NCBI RefSeq assembly: GCF_009834535.1
Contig: NC_045696.1
Coordinates: forward strand, 57,476,001-57,540,000
Direction: 5' to 3'
Source: Camelus ferus
Taxonomy: Eukaryota
Length of the DNA stretch: 64,000 nucleotides
In this document: positions 40,561-51,955 of the stretch, piece after piece
Layout of the letters: every line of letters begins with the position of its first letter
How positions within the stretch are numbered: the first letter of the stretch is position 1
Made by a program: the position numbers and the translations under genes
Notes under the pieces: model-generated
Told to the model about the DNA's origin: nothing
Databases searched by the model: none
Seen by the model: only the letters and a program-made list of their open reading frames with translations

Positions 40561-40914
40561 TTTTAGCTCTAGCCTCTACCTTGAGCTTCAGACTCATATA
40601 TCCATTTGCCTGTACCATATATACTTGAATGTTTATTAGCTATTTCAAATGTACCATGTTGAAAATTGAACTTGTGATTTTTCTTACAGTCTTGTTCCTC
40701 TGGTGTTTCTCATCTCAGTGAATGATACCACCATTTATTCAGTTGTTTAGACCAGAAACCTTGGAGGTCATTCTTCACTTTTCTCTTTCTCTCATGCACT
40801 AAATCCAATACTGTTGATAATCCTGTAAGCTCTATCTTCAAAGCAAATTATAAATTTGACCATTTAGCATTACCTTCACCTGGACCACCTGAGTCTAAGC
40901 CAATATTATTTCTT

Positions 40915-41669
40915 TTTCTTTTTTCCCCAGTTTTATTGAGATATAATTGGCATACAACAGTGTATAATTTTAAGGTGTACAACTAATGTTTGACTACATC
41001 CATCATGAAATGATCACAATAGATTTAGTGAGCATCCATCATTGCATATAGATACAGCATTAAAGAAATAGAAAAAAAAATGTTTTTCCTTGTGATGAGA
41101 ACTCTTAGGATTTACTTCCTTTTATAACATACAGCAGTGTTAATTCTTTTCATCATATTATACATTACATCCCTAGTACTTATTTATCTTATAACTGAAA
41201 GTTTGTATCTTTTGACTACCTTCATTTGATCTCCACCCCCAACCCCCTACCTCTGGTAGCCACAAATCTGATCTTTTTTCTATGAGCTTGCTTGTTTGTT
41301 TGGTTGTGAACTATAATTGACCTATAACACTATGTTAGTTCCTGGTACACAACATAGTGATTTGATATTTCTGTATACTTCAAAATGATCACCATGATAA
41401 GTCTAGTTATAATATGTCATCAATTAAAGATATTACATAGTTATTGGCTATATTCCCTACACTGTACATTTCATACCTGTGACTCATTTCTTTTATAACT
41501 GAAAGTTTGTACTGCTTAATCTCCCTCACCTATTTCTCTCCTCACCCTACCATTCTCCCTTCTGGCACCTATTTGTTTTTTGCATTCATCACTCTGTTTC
41601 GGCTTGTTCATTTGCTTTGTTTTTTGCATTCCACATATAAGTGAAATCATACAGTGTTTGTCCATCTCA
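40915..41669 (-). mobile_element. L1 3' UTR insertion (two related 3' UTR units) within an L2 relic
   Basis: 18-bp TSD AAGCCA(A/G)TATTATTTCTT at 40897-40914 and 41670-41687. Confidence 0.8.
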
Positions 41670-42714
41670 AAGCCAGTATTATTTCTTGCGTAAGAAACTA
41701 CATAGGCTCATAACTGCTCTACTTGATTCCATGTTTCTTCCACACTATTATAGCCTATTCACTGATATGCGATAGAGTTCAATTCAGTTGCCTGCTTAAA
41801 ATTTTCCAATGAATTGAATTCCCATTACATTTCAAACAAAATCTGAAGTTTTTTTTTTAACCATGACCTCTACAGCATGGTCTTTAGGTATCTTTCTGAC
41901 CTATTTCCTACTGTTCTTTTCTCATTCATTCCACTCCAGCCACAGTGGTGTTCTTGCTGTCAGAGAACACAATAAGCATGCTTCTACCTTGGAGCATTTG
42001 TATTTTCTGTTCCTTGAGCCTGGGCAGTTTCTCCGCCTCCATATTTTCACAACTCTCTCTCAACATTTGGATCTCTGTCCAAATGTTCTATCTCAAGGAG
42101 GCCTTCCTAACTGCTCTGTCTAAATAGCTCCTTCCACCACTCCCCTACACCCATCTTCATTTTTTCATAGTACTTATCCCTACTTGAGATAAATATTACA
42201 TTATATGTTTGTCTACTTGTTTACTATCTGTCTCCCCATTTGGACTGTAAGTTCCATGACTATAACCACATGGATGTATTACAAAAGAATCAATGTGAGT
42301 TACTCTTAACATATACTACTTAATGATTTTGGCTGAAACTTTAAAAAATTATATAACTTTATTTCATTCTTCAAAATAGAATGATCTTCTAAACCACATT
42401 TTCTTCTCATTTCCTGATGTAATTAAATCAGTGGTATAAAAAAGAGGTGATGTTGGTATATGAAAAAAGATTAAAATAGATGTCAGTTAATACTAAAACT
42501 ATACTGAAGATTGATGGTTTATTTTTTTCTTTATAGGCAGTATTATTTGAGTTACTAATGATGTGACTAAATTATAGGATAAGCATCTATGATTATTAAA
42601 GACAAAATACTGGCCAATGAGGATCACTTTGGGGTTATATTTTGCATAATATCTATGTTTTCCAAAAATATTCAATATTAAAATATTGTTACAGTGTTGC
42701 TTTTTTTATTTTAG

Positions 42715-42761
42715 GAAATGATTTGCAGCTGAGTGAATCAGGAAGTGACAGTGATGACTGA
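42715..42761 (+). CDS. EAF2: EAF2 last exon, coding part
   Basis: ttttAG acceptor, (R)NDLQLSESGSDSDD-TGA, the EAF-family C-terminus. Summed exons from 4910 give 789 nt, i.e. 262 aa plus stop. Confidence 0.96.
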
Positions 42762-42821
42762 AGAAATATTGAGCTCTAAGTATAAATTTACAAGACATGT
42801 GATAATTTATTTTATATTAAG

Positions 42822-42827
42822 AATAAA
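42822..42827 (+). terminator. EAF2: Probable EAF2 polyadenylation signal AATAAA
   Basis: First canonical AATAAA, 60 nt after the stop codon. Confidence 0.6.
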
Positions 42828-43466
42828 AATTCCTAAGACTGAGGAAAAGGAATCTTAACTTTTGATGATAAGAAATTAAATCCAGTTCAGAGTTTTTGAA
42901 CTCTGGTTCAGTTAATATTACTTTTTTTCCCTTACCTTTTATGAGTACCAGCATTTTCATTTGTTTTCATTTAATCTTAAAACTTTTATGAAGTTTAACA
43001 GATAAGAAAACAAACCCAGAGGTTAGGTAACTTGCCCACATATTGTTAGTTAACAAGTGGCAGATCAGGTGTTCTAAAGTTCAAGTTCAGTGTTCTTTTT
43101 TTACCACACTGCTGTTTTCAATTGTGAAATGTCAAAATTGTTGATTTATAATAAATGTCCATTGTTTTAATTATATCTCTGAGCCTTTTTATCTGTTGCT
43201 TCTTAAATTTTAGTCGAAAAGTAAGTTATAACTTAGGGTAAAGGTGAAGCTAAGTAATTGTTTTAATGAAACAGTTGTTCTCTTATCTCTCACATATTTT
43301 ATCATGTTCTTTTATCTCTTAGATATTTTTATTTTATTTTGCTTTTGAGGTAAAAATAAGCAGTTGTGTTAATGAGATACATAATTAATATTTATACCTA
43401 TAACATTTTTGAGTTTGTAGGAAATGATAAATATTATAGTTGAAAACTACTGACCAGCAGCAAGGT

Positions 43467-44110
43467 CTTTTTTTTTTTTAATTAAAATTTTATTTTTAAG
43501 AGCAGTTTTAGGTTCACAACAAAACTGAGCAGAAAGTACAGAGGATCCTCATATACCCCTCTTCCCACACATGCACAACCTCCCCTACAATATAAACATC
43601 CTGCACCAGAGTGGTACGGGTTTTTTTTGTTTTGTTTTGTTTTTTACAATTCATGAACCTATATTCACACACCATCACCCAAAGTCCTATACATTAGAGG
43701 TCACTCTTTGTGTTGTACGTTCTGTGGGTATTAACAAATGTATAATGACTTTTATCCACCACTGCAGTATCATACAAGATAGTTTCACTGCCCTAAAAAT
43801 CCTGTACTCCGCCAGTTCATTCCTCCACACCCCAGCACCGGCAATCAGTGATCTTTTTACTGTCTCCTTAGTTTTGCCTTTTCCAGAATGTCTTATAATT
43901 GGAATCATACAGTAAACAACCTTTTCATATTTACTGCTTTCACTTAGTAATATGCACTTAAATTTCCACCGTATCTCTTTCATGGCTTGATAGTTCATTT
44001 CTTTTTAGCACTGGATAATATTACATTGTTTGGATGTATTATTGTTTATTTATCCACTAACTTACTGAAGGAATCTTGGTTGCTTCCAAGTTTTGGCAAC
44101 TATGAAAAAA
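43467..44110 (-). mobile_element. Old L1 3' UTR (L1M-type)
   Basis: T-tail, AGCAGTTTTAGGTTCACAACAAAACTGAGCAGAAAGTACAGA, TTTTGCCTTTTCCAGAATGTC. Confidence 0.75.
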
Positions 44111-44542
44111 ATTTTTATTCAACTTCACCTCTTACTATAGGAAGTTCTGTAGTTATTTTTTTTTTTTAATTCTTAAGTTTTAGTTTTAATCTCTACCACT
44201 GTCTTCTCTCTCCCTTTATCTCTCTGGCCTACCTTCAGTTACAATTTCTTTGTATTCTCACTTTTATATATATTTATTCATCAATACCACAACTGTATTA
44301 TTTATTTCTTAACTAAAGCAAGCTTGAGTATTCAAAGTGTTAGTAAAACATGCTTATCATTTTAACAGGAATACAAATTATAATAGCTTTTACTGCTGAT
44401 TTCTTTTTTTAGTGTTTACTCTGCCAGAAATGAGTACATGTTGATATGAGCTGATAATGCTGAATACATAACACACATTATGTTCTCAAAGTATACCTCC
44501 TGCAATCTAAACAGCTCATCCTTGAGCTATTTAGATTTACAG

Positions 44543-44840
44543 CTTATTTATAAAACAGAAAGAGACTCATAGACATGGAAAACAAACTTTTGGTTACTGG
44601 GAGGGGGAGAGGGAGGGAGAGATAAATTGGGTGTTTGGGATTGGCTGCTACAAACTACTATTACAGAATAGCTAAACAACAAGGTCCTGCTGTATAGCAC
44701 AGGGAACTATATTCAATGGCTTGTAGTAACCTGTAATGAAAAAGAATATGTATATATATTTATGTATAACTGAATCACTATGCTGTACACCAGAAACTAA
44801 CACAACATTGTAAATCAAAAAATAAAAATTAAAAAAAATT
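44543..44840 (+). mobile_element. L1 3' UTR fragment (sense)
   Basis: CTGTATAGCACAGGGAACTATATTCAAT motif shared with the other L1 3' ends; A-rich tail. Confidence 0.85.
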
Positions 44841-46924
44841 TTAATAAATGAAACATATTTCACCCATACATTTTTTTTAAAAGCCCAGCTCCACTCTTTC
44901 CCCCGTTATTATTTCCCCCATAAATGAAACATGTTCTTAAAGATTTTTTTTATGGATTGAATACCTACTGTATCATTCTCTATACCCCTTAAGGGAAAAC
45001 ATAAGTAGTTTAGAGAATAATGAAATAATATCTCCTTTGCTCATGTTATCTCCTTATTTGATGCATTTTCGGATGTTGAAATGTAGGGAGCCATGGATGA
45101 GACAAGTTCTCAGATGTGAGGTTCTCTGTCAGAACCATCCTAACATGACTCTAAGCACATATCTTTTTTTCTCCCAGCTTTAATGAAATATAATTGACAT
45201 ATAACATTGTGTAAGTTTTAAAGTGTACAGTGTGATGATTTGAAACGTGAATATATTATGAAATGATTATTAAAGTAAGGTTAGTTAACATAAGCTCATA
45301 TTCTTTCAGTTTGACCTTTCTGAGTGGTTTGATGAGACTGATGATAATATAAGCATGTAAGTAGGAAAATTAAGTTGGCTACAAAGGAACAAAAATCAGT
45401 GGGCTCTGAACTATTCCATACCTCTGAAGTTAGTAAAGCTGCGTCTGCACAAGGATATGAGTGTGACCTATGAATTATGTATCCACAGTTTGGTAAGAAG
45501 GCATTCTTAGACATGTCAGAATTCAGGAATTATATCATTCACATACTACTCCTATAATAATTACTCCAGTAATTTCCAGTTTTCTTAAGAGATGAATCAA
45601 AATTAACAGCTCAAGAATCAAAAAAAATCATAAAAAATGTATTCTAAAAAGATTGAGAGCTCGCTCCTTCATGAGGACTCTCTCAATTGGTAGGAGTAGG
45701 TAACACCCATGCACAGCAAGGCTGTATGTAGGAATGACCTCTTCAGTGCTGACCAGAGGGGAATGGCCAAGAGTTTAGCCCTACTAGTCTGAGGTTGCAG
45801 TCCTAGTGAAGGCAATGGTATTTCGGGCTCAGGCTGTGTACATGTGCAGCAGAGACCAAAAATGCCCCAACCTATTCACACGCTCCTGCCCAACCCTGAG
45901 GCTATATAAACAGCCTGTACATTGAATGCATTCTCCTATACACTCAGATTCATCAGCAAAGGACAAAGCCTCACTGGCACAAGGTATCTGACCATGACCT
46001 CCACCCAGTCTGTGACCACTCAGAGTAATACCTGCTACTTCACTTCTACCTCCCAAATCTCACTCAAGTTCTGATCTAGATGATTCTGGGAAGCATAATT
46101 CCTAGCTTAAACTAAGACAACAATAGCCAACCCTAAAACTGAAAACAAACCAAATGTCCTTCAACAAAAAAATGGAGAAATAAATTGTGGCATATTTGTG
46201 AGTTCTACTGAACAATGGAGAAAAGAATCTTGTTACAGGCAACAACAGATGAATCTCACAGACGTAATGTTAAGTAACAGAAATCAAACACAAACGTTGT
46301 AAATGGCATTATTTCATTTTTATGAAATTCGGAACAGACAAAGCAAACCTATGGTGATAGAAGTCAAAATACTGGTTACCACGAGGGAGGATAGTTTGGC
46401 TGAGAGACGGAAGGGAAGCAGCAGTTATTACTCTGAAGGGCTTCCAGCACTGAGGTGCTAGAGATACATATTTATTTATATTATTACAAATATGTATGTT
46501 TATTTTATTTATTATAAATATATAATGTTATATATAATGTATTTATTATAAATAAGTATTTACTACAAATATCTTACCTGAGTGGTGGTTGTGTGAATTA
46601 CACATACTTAAAATATGATGGAGTTTTACACTTAAGATTTGTGCCTTTTAAAATCCACAAACGAAATCAATAGAAAAAATATTTGCAATGTCGAGGTTGA
46701 AAGCGTTAATATAAAAGTAGATCTTACAAACTTATAAGAAAGGGACAAATGACTCAATAGAAAAGTGGACAAAGGAAATGAATAGGCAGTTCTAAAAATT
46801 ATAGAAACATACTTTTGTCAAGCAGTCTCACTTCTGGAAATATATTCTACAGATACATTTGACTTACTTGCAAGGTTATTATTGCAGTATTATAATTACA
46901 AAAGACTCAAAAATCTGAATATCG

Positions 46925-47900
46925 ATCTTTTTGTTACTGATTTTTGAAGTTATTTATATAGTCTGGACACAAACCCTTTGACAGACGTATGTAATATGCA
47001 TATTTTCCCCCACATTGTGAGTTATCTTTTTACTCTTAATGGTATCTTTTGATGAATGACAAAATTATTAATTTTAATAGTCATGTATCAATTGTTTTTC
47101 TTTTATGATTGCCATTGTTTATGTCTTATTTGAGAAATGTTGGCTTACTCCACAGTCATACAGATGTTCTTTTATATTTTCCTCTAAAAGCCTTATTTTT
47201 ATTTAACTTTAACAGTTAGACCTGTAATCTGTATAGAACTGGTTTTTATGCATGGTGTAAGATGAGAGTAAAACCATTTTTTTCCATATGAGTATCCAGA
47301 TACTGTTTTTTAAATTGAAAACACCATCATTTCCCCCGCTGCACTGCAGTGTCACTTTTGTCATAAATGATGCCTCAGTGTATGTGTGGGTCTTTTTCTG
47401 TGCTCTGTTCTGTTCCATTGACTGCCGTATCTATGTTTGGGTCAATTTCTCTCTATTATCATTACTGTAGCTTTTCAGTAGATCTGCTACTGAGTAGTGC
47501 AAATCCTCCATTATTGTTCTTCAAGATTGCCTTTGCTATTCTTGGTTTTTTTGCATCTCCATATGAATTTTTAAAATCAACTTGTCATTTTCTACACTCA
47601 CAAACCCTGTTGGATTTTGTGTTGCAACTGTAGATTGGTTTGGGAAATGCTGACATTTTTACAAGATGAACCTTTCAAATCATGAGCATGGTATGTCTCC
47701 ATTTATTTAGATCTTTAATTTCTTTCAATAAAGTTTTAGAGTGTTTGGTATTGATCTCTTAAACATCTTTCATTAGATTTATTCCTAGGTATCTTCTATG
47801 CTATTGTAGCTGGTATTTTTTAAATTCCCTTTTCTATTTGTTTTTGCTGATACTTGTTACAGTTTATTTTTATGTGATTTTACATTCATACACCTTGCTT
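46925..47900 (-). mobile_element. Ancient L1 ORF2 fragment upstream of the ERV
   Basis: Degenerate antisense ORF2 sequence (TTCTTCAAGATTGCCTTTGCTATTCTTGG, CCATTTATTTAGATCTTTAATTTC). Confidence 0.7.
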
Positions 47901-47961
47901 AAGCACATGTTCTCTTTTAATTTCATATTTGCCTCCCCTCTCTGACTATATTAATATCTAT

Positions 47962-48459
47962 TGTGAATGGAAAATACTGCAAGCCATATTAGTAAACAAA
48001 GAATGCTGAAACCATCAAGTCATCAAGCTGCCATCACCCCCTACAGTGAGCTCAGGGTGCAGACAAGCAGGCAGCCCAGCATCTGCAGCCCTCCACAGTG
48101 GTGCCCTCTGAGAGAACTCAGAATGTGAGAGGACAGGATACTGGCCCTAGACAGCTAGGTGCTTGTCAAAGGAATGATTTCAGTGAACCCAGACATTTGC
48201 TCCTTCCCATACACAGAAAAGCACTAAATTCTTTACCTTGAGATGTCTGTTTTTCATTAGTTAACAGTAATCTTTTAATGTTCTGACTACCTGGTCTTTG
48301 TTGTAAAACTCCTGTATATCCTGGCTTCTCCCCTACCTCTTTGGAGCAGTTCCTCAGAGCGATCTGAGAGGCTGTCATTCTGGGCTGAGTCCTCAGAAAT
48401 ATCCACAGAATAAAACATAACTCTCAATTTTTAGGTTGTGCGTTTTATTTCAGTCAGCA
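47962..48459 (+). repeat. ERV 5' LTR
   Basis: Begins TG, ends CA, contains AATAAA near its 3' end; roughly 93% identical to 57264-57756 by manual alignment. Confidence 0.95.
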
Positions 48460-48463
48460 GTTT

Positions 48464-48484
48464 TGGTGACCATTGTGAAGGGAC
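48464..48484 (+). promoter_or_regulatory. ERV primer-binding site, degenerate tRNA-Arg type
   Basis: TGGTGACCATTGTGAAGGGAC just after the LTR resembles the Arg PBS TGGCGACCACGAAGGGA, with CpG decay and a 3-nt insertion. Confidence 0.6.
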
Positions 48485-49437
48485 CCAGAGCAGACTTCTG
48501 TCCTTCACCTGAACTCTACAAGGATCCAGAACCTTGGTACCAGCCGAGGCCTCTTGCACCCATCCTCCTCCTCTGTGAGTCCTGATTCTAGATTCTCCCG
48601 TTATTGGTTGATGATCCTAAGTTTTATTTGGTGGTGTTAAAATCCTCTCTGGAGGAGTAGGTTATCCTTGAAACTTAGTTTCAATAAGGGATACCTGGGT
48701 TATCCTCAGTGAAAGCCACTAGGAAGATTTGTGCTCAGTTTAGACATTGAGTGGGTTATCCTCAGTTAAAAGACTGAAAAGACTTTGCTCAGTTAAGAGA
48801 ACACTGAGTAGGGTTGGACTGAGTAAATAAAGGAAGGCTGGCCTGTCATTTTTCCTTGAACTGGCTACTTTAATAGAGTTTGTTGAAATAAAACTGAAAT
48901 CTTATGAGGGCCTTTCACCTCTGAAGATGGGACTCCTCCTTCTGGCCAGCAACAGCTTTCTCAGGTGACTGAGAAACTTGCAGGAGTGATGGAGGCAAAG
49001 ACCTCATGCCATGCAACTGTCCCTGTAGGGAAACCCACTCATTTTAATTAAAATTTGCTCTACCAGGGACTCGAATAATAATTGGTCATTCAGTGATCTG
49101 AGCACCCATGGTGGTCTTATACCACCAAAGGGGGAACCTGAGACATAGGAGGGAGCTGAGACAACTCTGGGTAAAAACCTAGAGGAGTTAAGCTTTCAAG
49201 CAGCACACGAGCCCATCACACCATCGTCACTAGCAATTTTATTTCAACAAACCAACCTCAGAATGGGTAATAAAGTTCTCAAAACCAAAGAAAAAGGAAC
49301 AACAGATTGCCAGCCTCCAGCTAACACCCCAGCCAGGTTCATATACAATATATATGGGAATTATACTTGTAAATACTTACCTGATTGGGGAAATTATATT
49401 AAAGGAGGTCTCAACCTAAAATGGACAAATTGGGGCT

Positions 49438-50168
49438 TTTATTTTTTTCAATTGAAGTATAGTCAGTTACAATGTGTCAATTTCTGGTGTGCAACATAAT
49501 ATCCCTGTCATACATATATTCATTTTCATTAAAGATCATTGTAAGATATTGAACATAGTTCCCTGTGTTATACAGGAGAAATTTTTTAATCTATTTTTAT
49601 GTATAGTGGTTAACATGAGCAAATCTCAAACTCCAAAATTTATCCCTTCTCACCCCCTTTCTCCAGTAACCATAAGATTGTTTATTATGTCTGCGAGTCT
49701 GTTTCTTTTGTAGATGAGTTTATTAGTGTCCTCTTTTTCCTTTCTTTTTTTTTTTTTTTTGATTCCACATATGAGTGATATCCTATGGTATTTTTCTTTC
49801 TCTATCTGACTTACTTCACTTAGAATGACATTCTCCAGATCCATCCATGTTGCTGCCAATGGCATTATTTTATTTCTTTATGGCTGAGTAGTATTCCATT
49901 GTATAAATATACCACAACTTCTTTTTTTTTTTTTTAACATTTTTTATACCACTACTTCTTTATCCAGTCATCTGTCAGTGGACATTTAGGTTGTTTCCAT
50001 GTCTTGGTTATTGTACACAGTACTGCTGTGAACATTGGGGTACATTTACCTTTTCACATTAGAGTTCCCTCCAGATATATGCCCAGGAGTGGGATTGCTG
50101 GATGATATGATAAGTCTATTTTTAGTTTTTTGAGGAATCTCCATACTGTTTTCCATAATGGCTACATT
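49438..50168 (-). mobile_element. 5'-truncated L1 inserted in ERV gag
   Basis: L1 3' UTR and ORF2 tail ([20 protein letters not shown]); TSD CAAATTGGGGCT at 49426-49437 and 50169-50180. Confidence 0.93.
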
Positions 50169-51180
50169 CAAATTGGGGCTCTTTTGATATTCCAAAACTA
50201 ATATTTTTGCATATGTAGCTAGAAAAAGCCAGCTATAAAATGAAAGACTGAATAGAATGCTTATTTTCATTGATATTTAGAAGCTTCTAAAAGGGGAAAT
50301 GATAAAGTGACTTCTTTGCAGGAAACCAGCAAAAGGTTGCTTGAAACAACATTGGAATTTTAAGAAGTCACTACCATTAACCCTGTCTCTCCCTCTGCTC
50401 CTCCTGTATAATCTCTTTTATCTGAATTGCCCAATCCAGAGGCTATTCCCCTCTCTCTTCCATCAACCCTGCCTACTGCCCCTCCCCCTTCCCCAGAAAA
50501 GGAAGACATAAAATCAGAGGTAATCATAGCTCCCTTTAGGGAGAAACCCATTACGGGAAGAGGATAATCATCCTCAGTGCTTACGTATACACCCCGGACC
50601 CAAGCAGAATTTAGAGATTTAGCTAAGGAATTTTCCGAACCTAGCCAAGATCCGCTAGGATTTGCTAAGGAATTTGAGCTAACCATCCAAACCTATGAGC
50701 CTGAGTTTTCAGATATATATAAATTAATATAGCTATTAGTTTCTAAAAGTAAAACAAAGGAATGGGTAGAGAAAGCAGGGTGGAAAGATCCCTTAACAGA
50801 TTTTTATTTACATAGCCCACAAGCTTGAGCTGAATGCAAGGAATTAGCTCATAAATTACTTAGACTTATCCCAGAGCTTTTACCAAAAGCCATATATTGG
50901 TCAAAGATTCAACAATGCAAACAAAGGCTAGATGAATCAATTCCGGATGACTATAAGAGTTTTGAGAAAACTTATAAACAATATTCAGGTATGACACCTG
51001 AATCATTCTCTAACCACCAAAACAACCCTTTACTTAACCCTTCCTTTTTAGAAGGCATAGGTGAAGAATTGGCTACTCTAATTAAAAGACACAATTTAGG
51101 TTGGTCTGCATTACATACAAATGCCCTTGTCACACTGGCCAACCAAATTTCCAAAACCATTAGGAGGAAGGAAAGGAATA

Positions 51181-51750
51181 TGTTGTGTGACACAACATGG
51201 CAGCCCATTCAGGGAGCCAGTGTGGTCACCAAATGTGTGCACCAAATGTTGTGGGCCGCAACAGGGCCAGTTGGTGGCATGGTGACATATAGTTTAGTAA
51301 AAACAATTTACCAGAGGTTAAGTATAAGAATAGAAAGGAGTTTATCAGGGTACACTCTCATAGACCACAGTGGGCCACACAGACAAGAGGTGTCTGTGTG
51401 AGTGTCGGGGTAAAGACCAAGGGAAAGCTTCAGTAGTTATGCTGCTGTAGGCAACAGCGGGCCACACAGGCGAGGGGTGCCTGCATGAGCACCAAGGGTC
51501 GGTTATTGGGGTCTTTTATAAGGTAGGGTCAGAAGGTGCCTGATCAATTTGTGCCCAAGCCTCTGAATGGCCGTAGGTGAAGTAAGAGGTTTAGGGTCCG
51601 TGAAGGGCAGTGGGATTTGACTCTGATAAGGTAGGCATTACCTGAGGCTATTAGTTCGTTAGGGGAAACATGCCCAGTTAAGAATGTACTTTATCTGAGA
51701 GCCCAGAAATGGGGGTCATTGGACTTTGAAGGACGTTAGTTGGCCCAACA
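51181..51750 (-). mobile_element. Solo LTR of a second, unrelated ERV family inserted in gag
   Basis: 570 nt with TGTTG...CAACA inverted termini; 5-bp TSD GAATA (51176-51180 and 51751-51755); minus-strand TATAAAA at 51520-51514; no similarity to the host LTRs. Confidence 0.88.
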
Positions 51751-51955
51751 GAATACATCTATAAAAATTATGAACTTCCAATTGTGCCAATTAAGTAGCA
51801 AGGTCAGTCGATGATTAACAAACCCCCATCCCCATGACTGACAGAGGAAACTAGCATTTGCTTTTACTGTAAAAAAACAAGCTACCAAAAAAACGACTGC
51901 AGAAAAATGAAAAAAGATTTTGAGGACAGGCTAGATTTCAGACCAGAATACTGAG

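Larger units (their letters stand above)
49263..51954 (+). pseudogene. gag: ERV gag, interrupted by L1 and solo-LTR insertions and stops
   Basis: Myristoylation-type start MGNK. Matrix W..WGSFD is rejoined after removing the L1. Capsid-like FSEPSQDPLGFAKEFELTIQTYEP. Degenerate Zn knuckle CFYCKKTSYQKNDC at 51859. TGA at 51952-51954. Confidence 0.88.

Noticed and set aside
45660..46130. Possible MaLR/LTR relic downstream of EAF2
   Set aside because: Composition is suggestive, but I could not identify termini or a TSD by eye.
50991..51401. 136-aa ORF as a functional fusion protein
   Set aside because: It is a gag capsid remnant reading by chance into the antisense solo LTR at 51181, and upstream gag is disrupted.
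51365..51499. Palindromic direct repeats as a CRISPR-like array
   Set aside because: There are only two degenerate copies, inside a mammalian LTR, with no cas genes.
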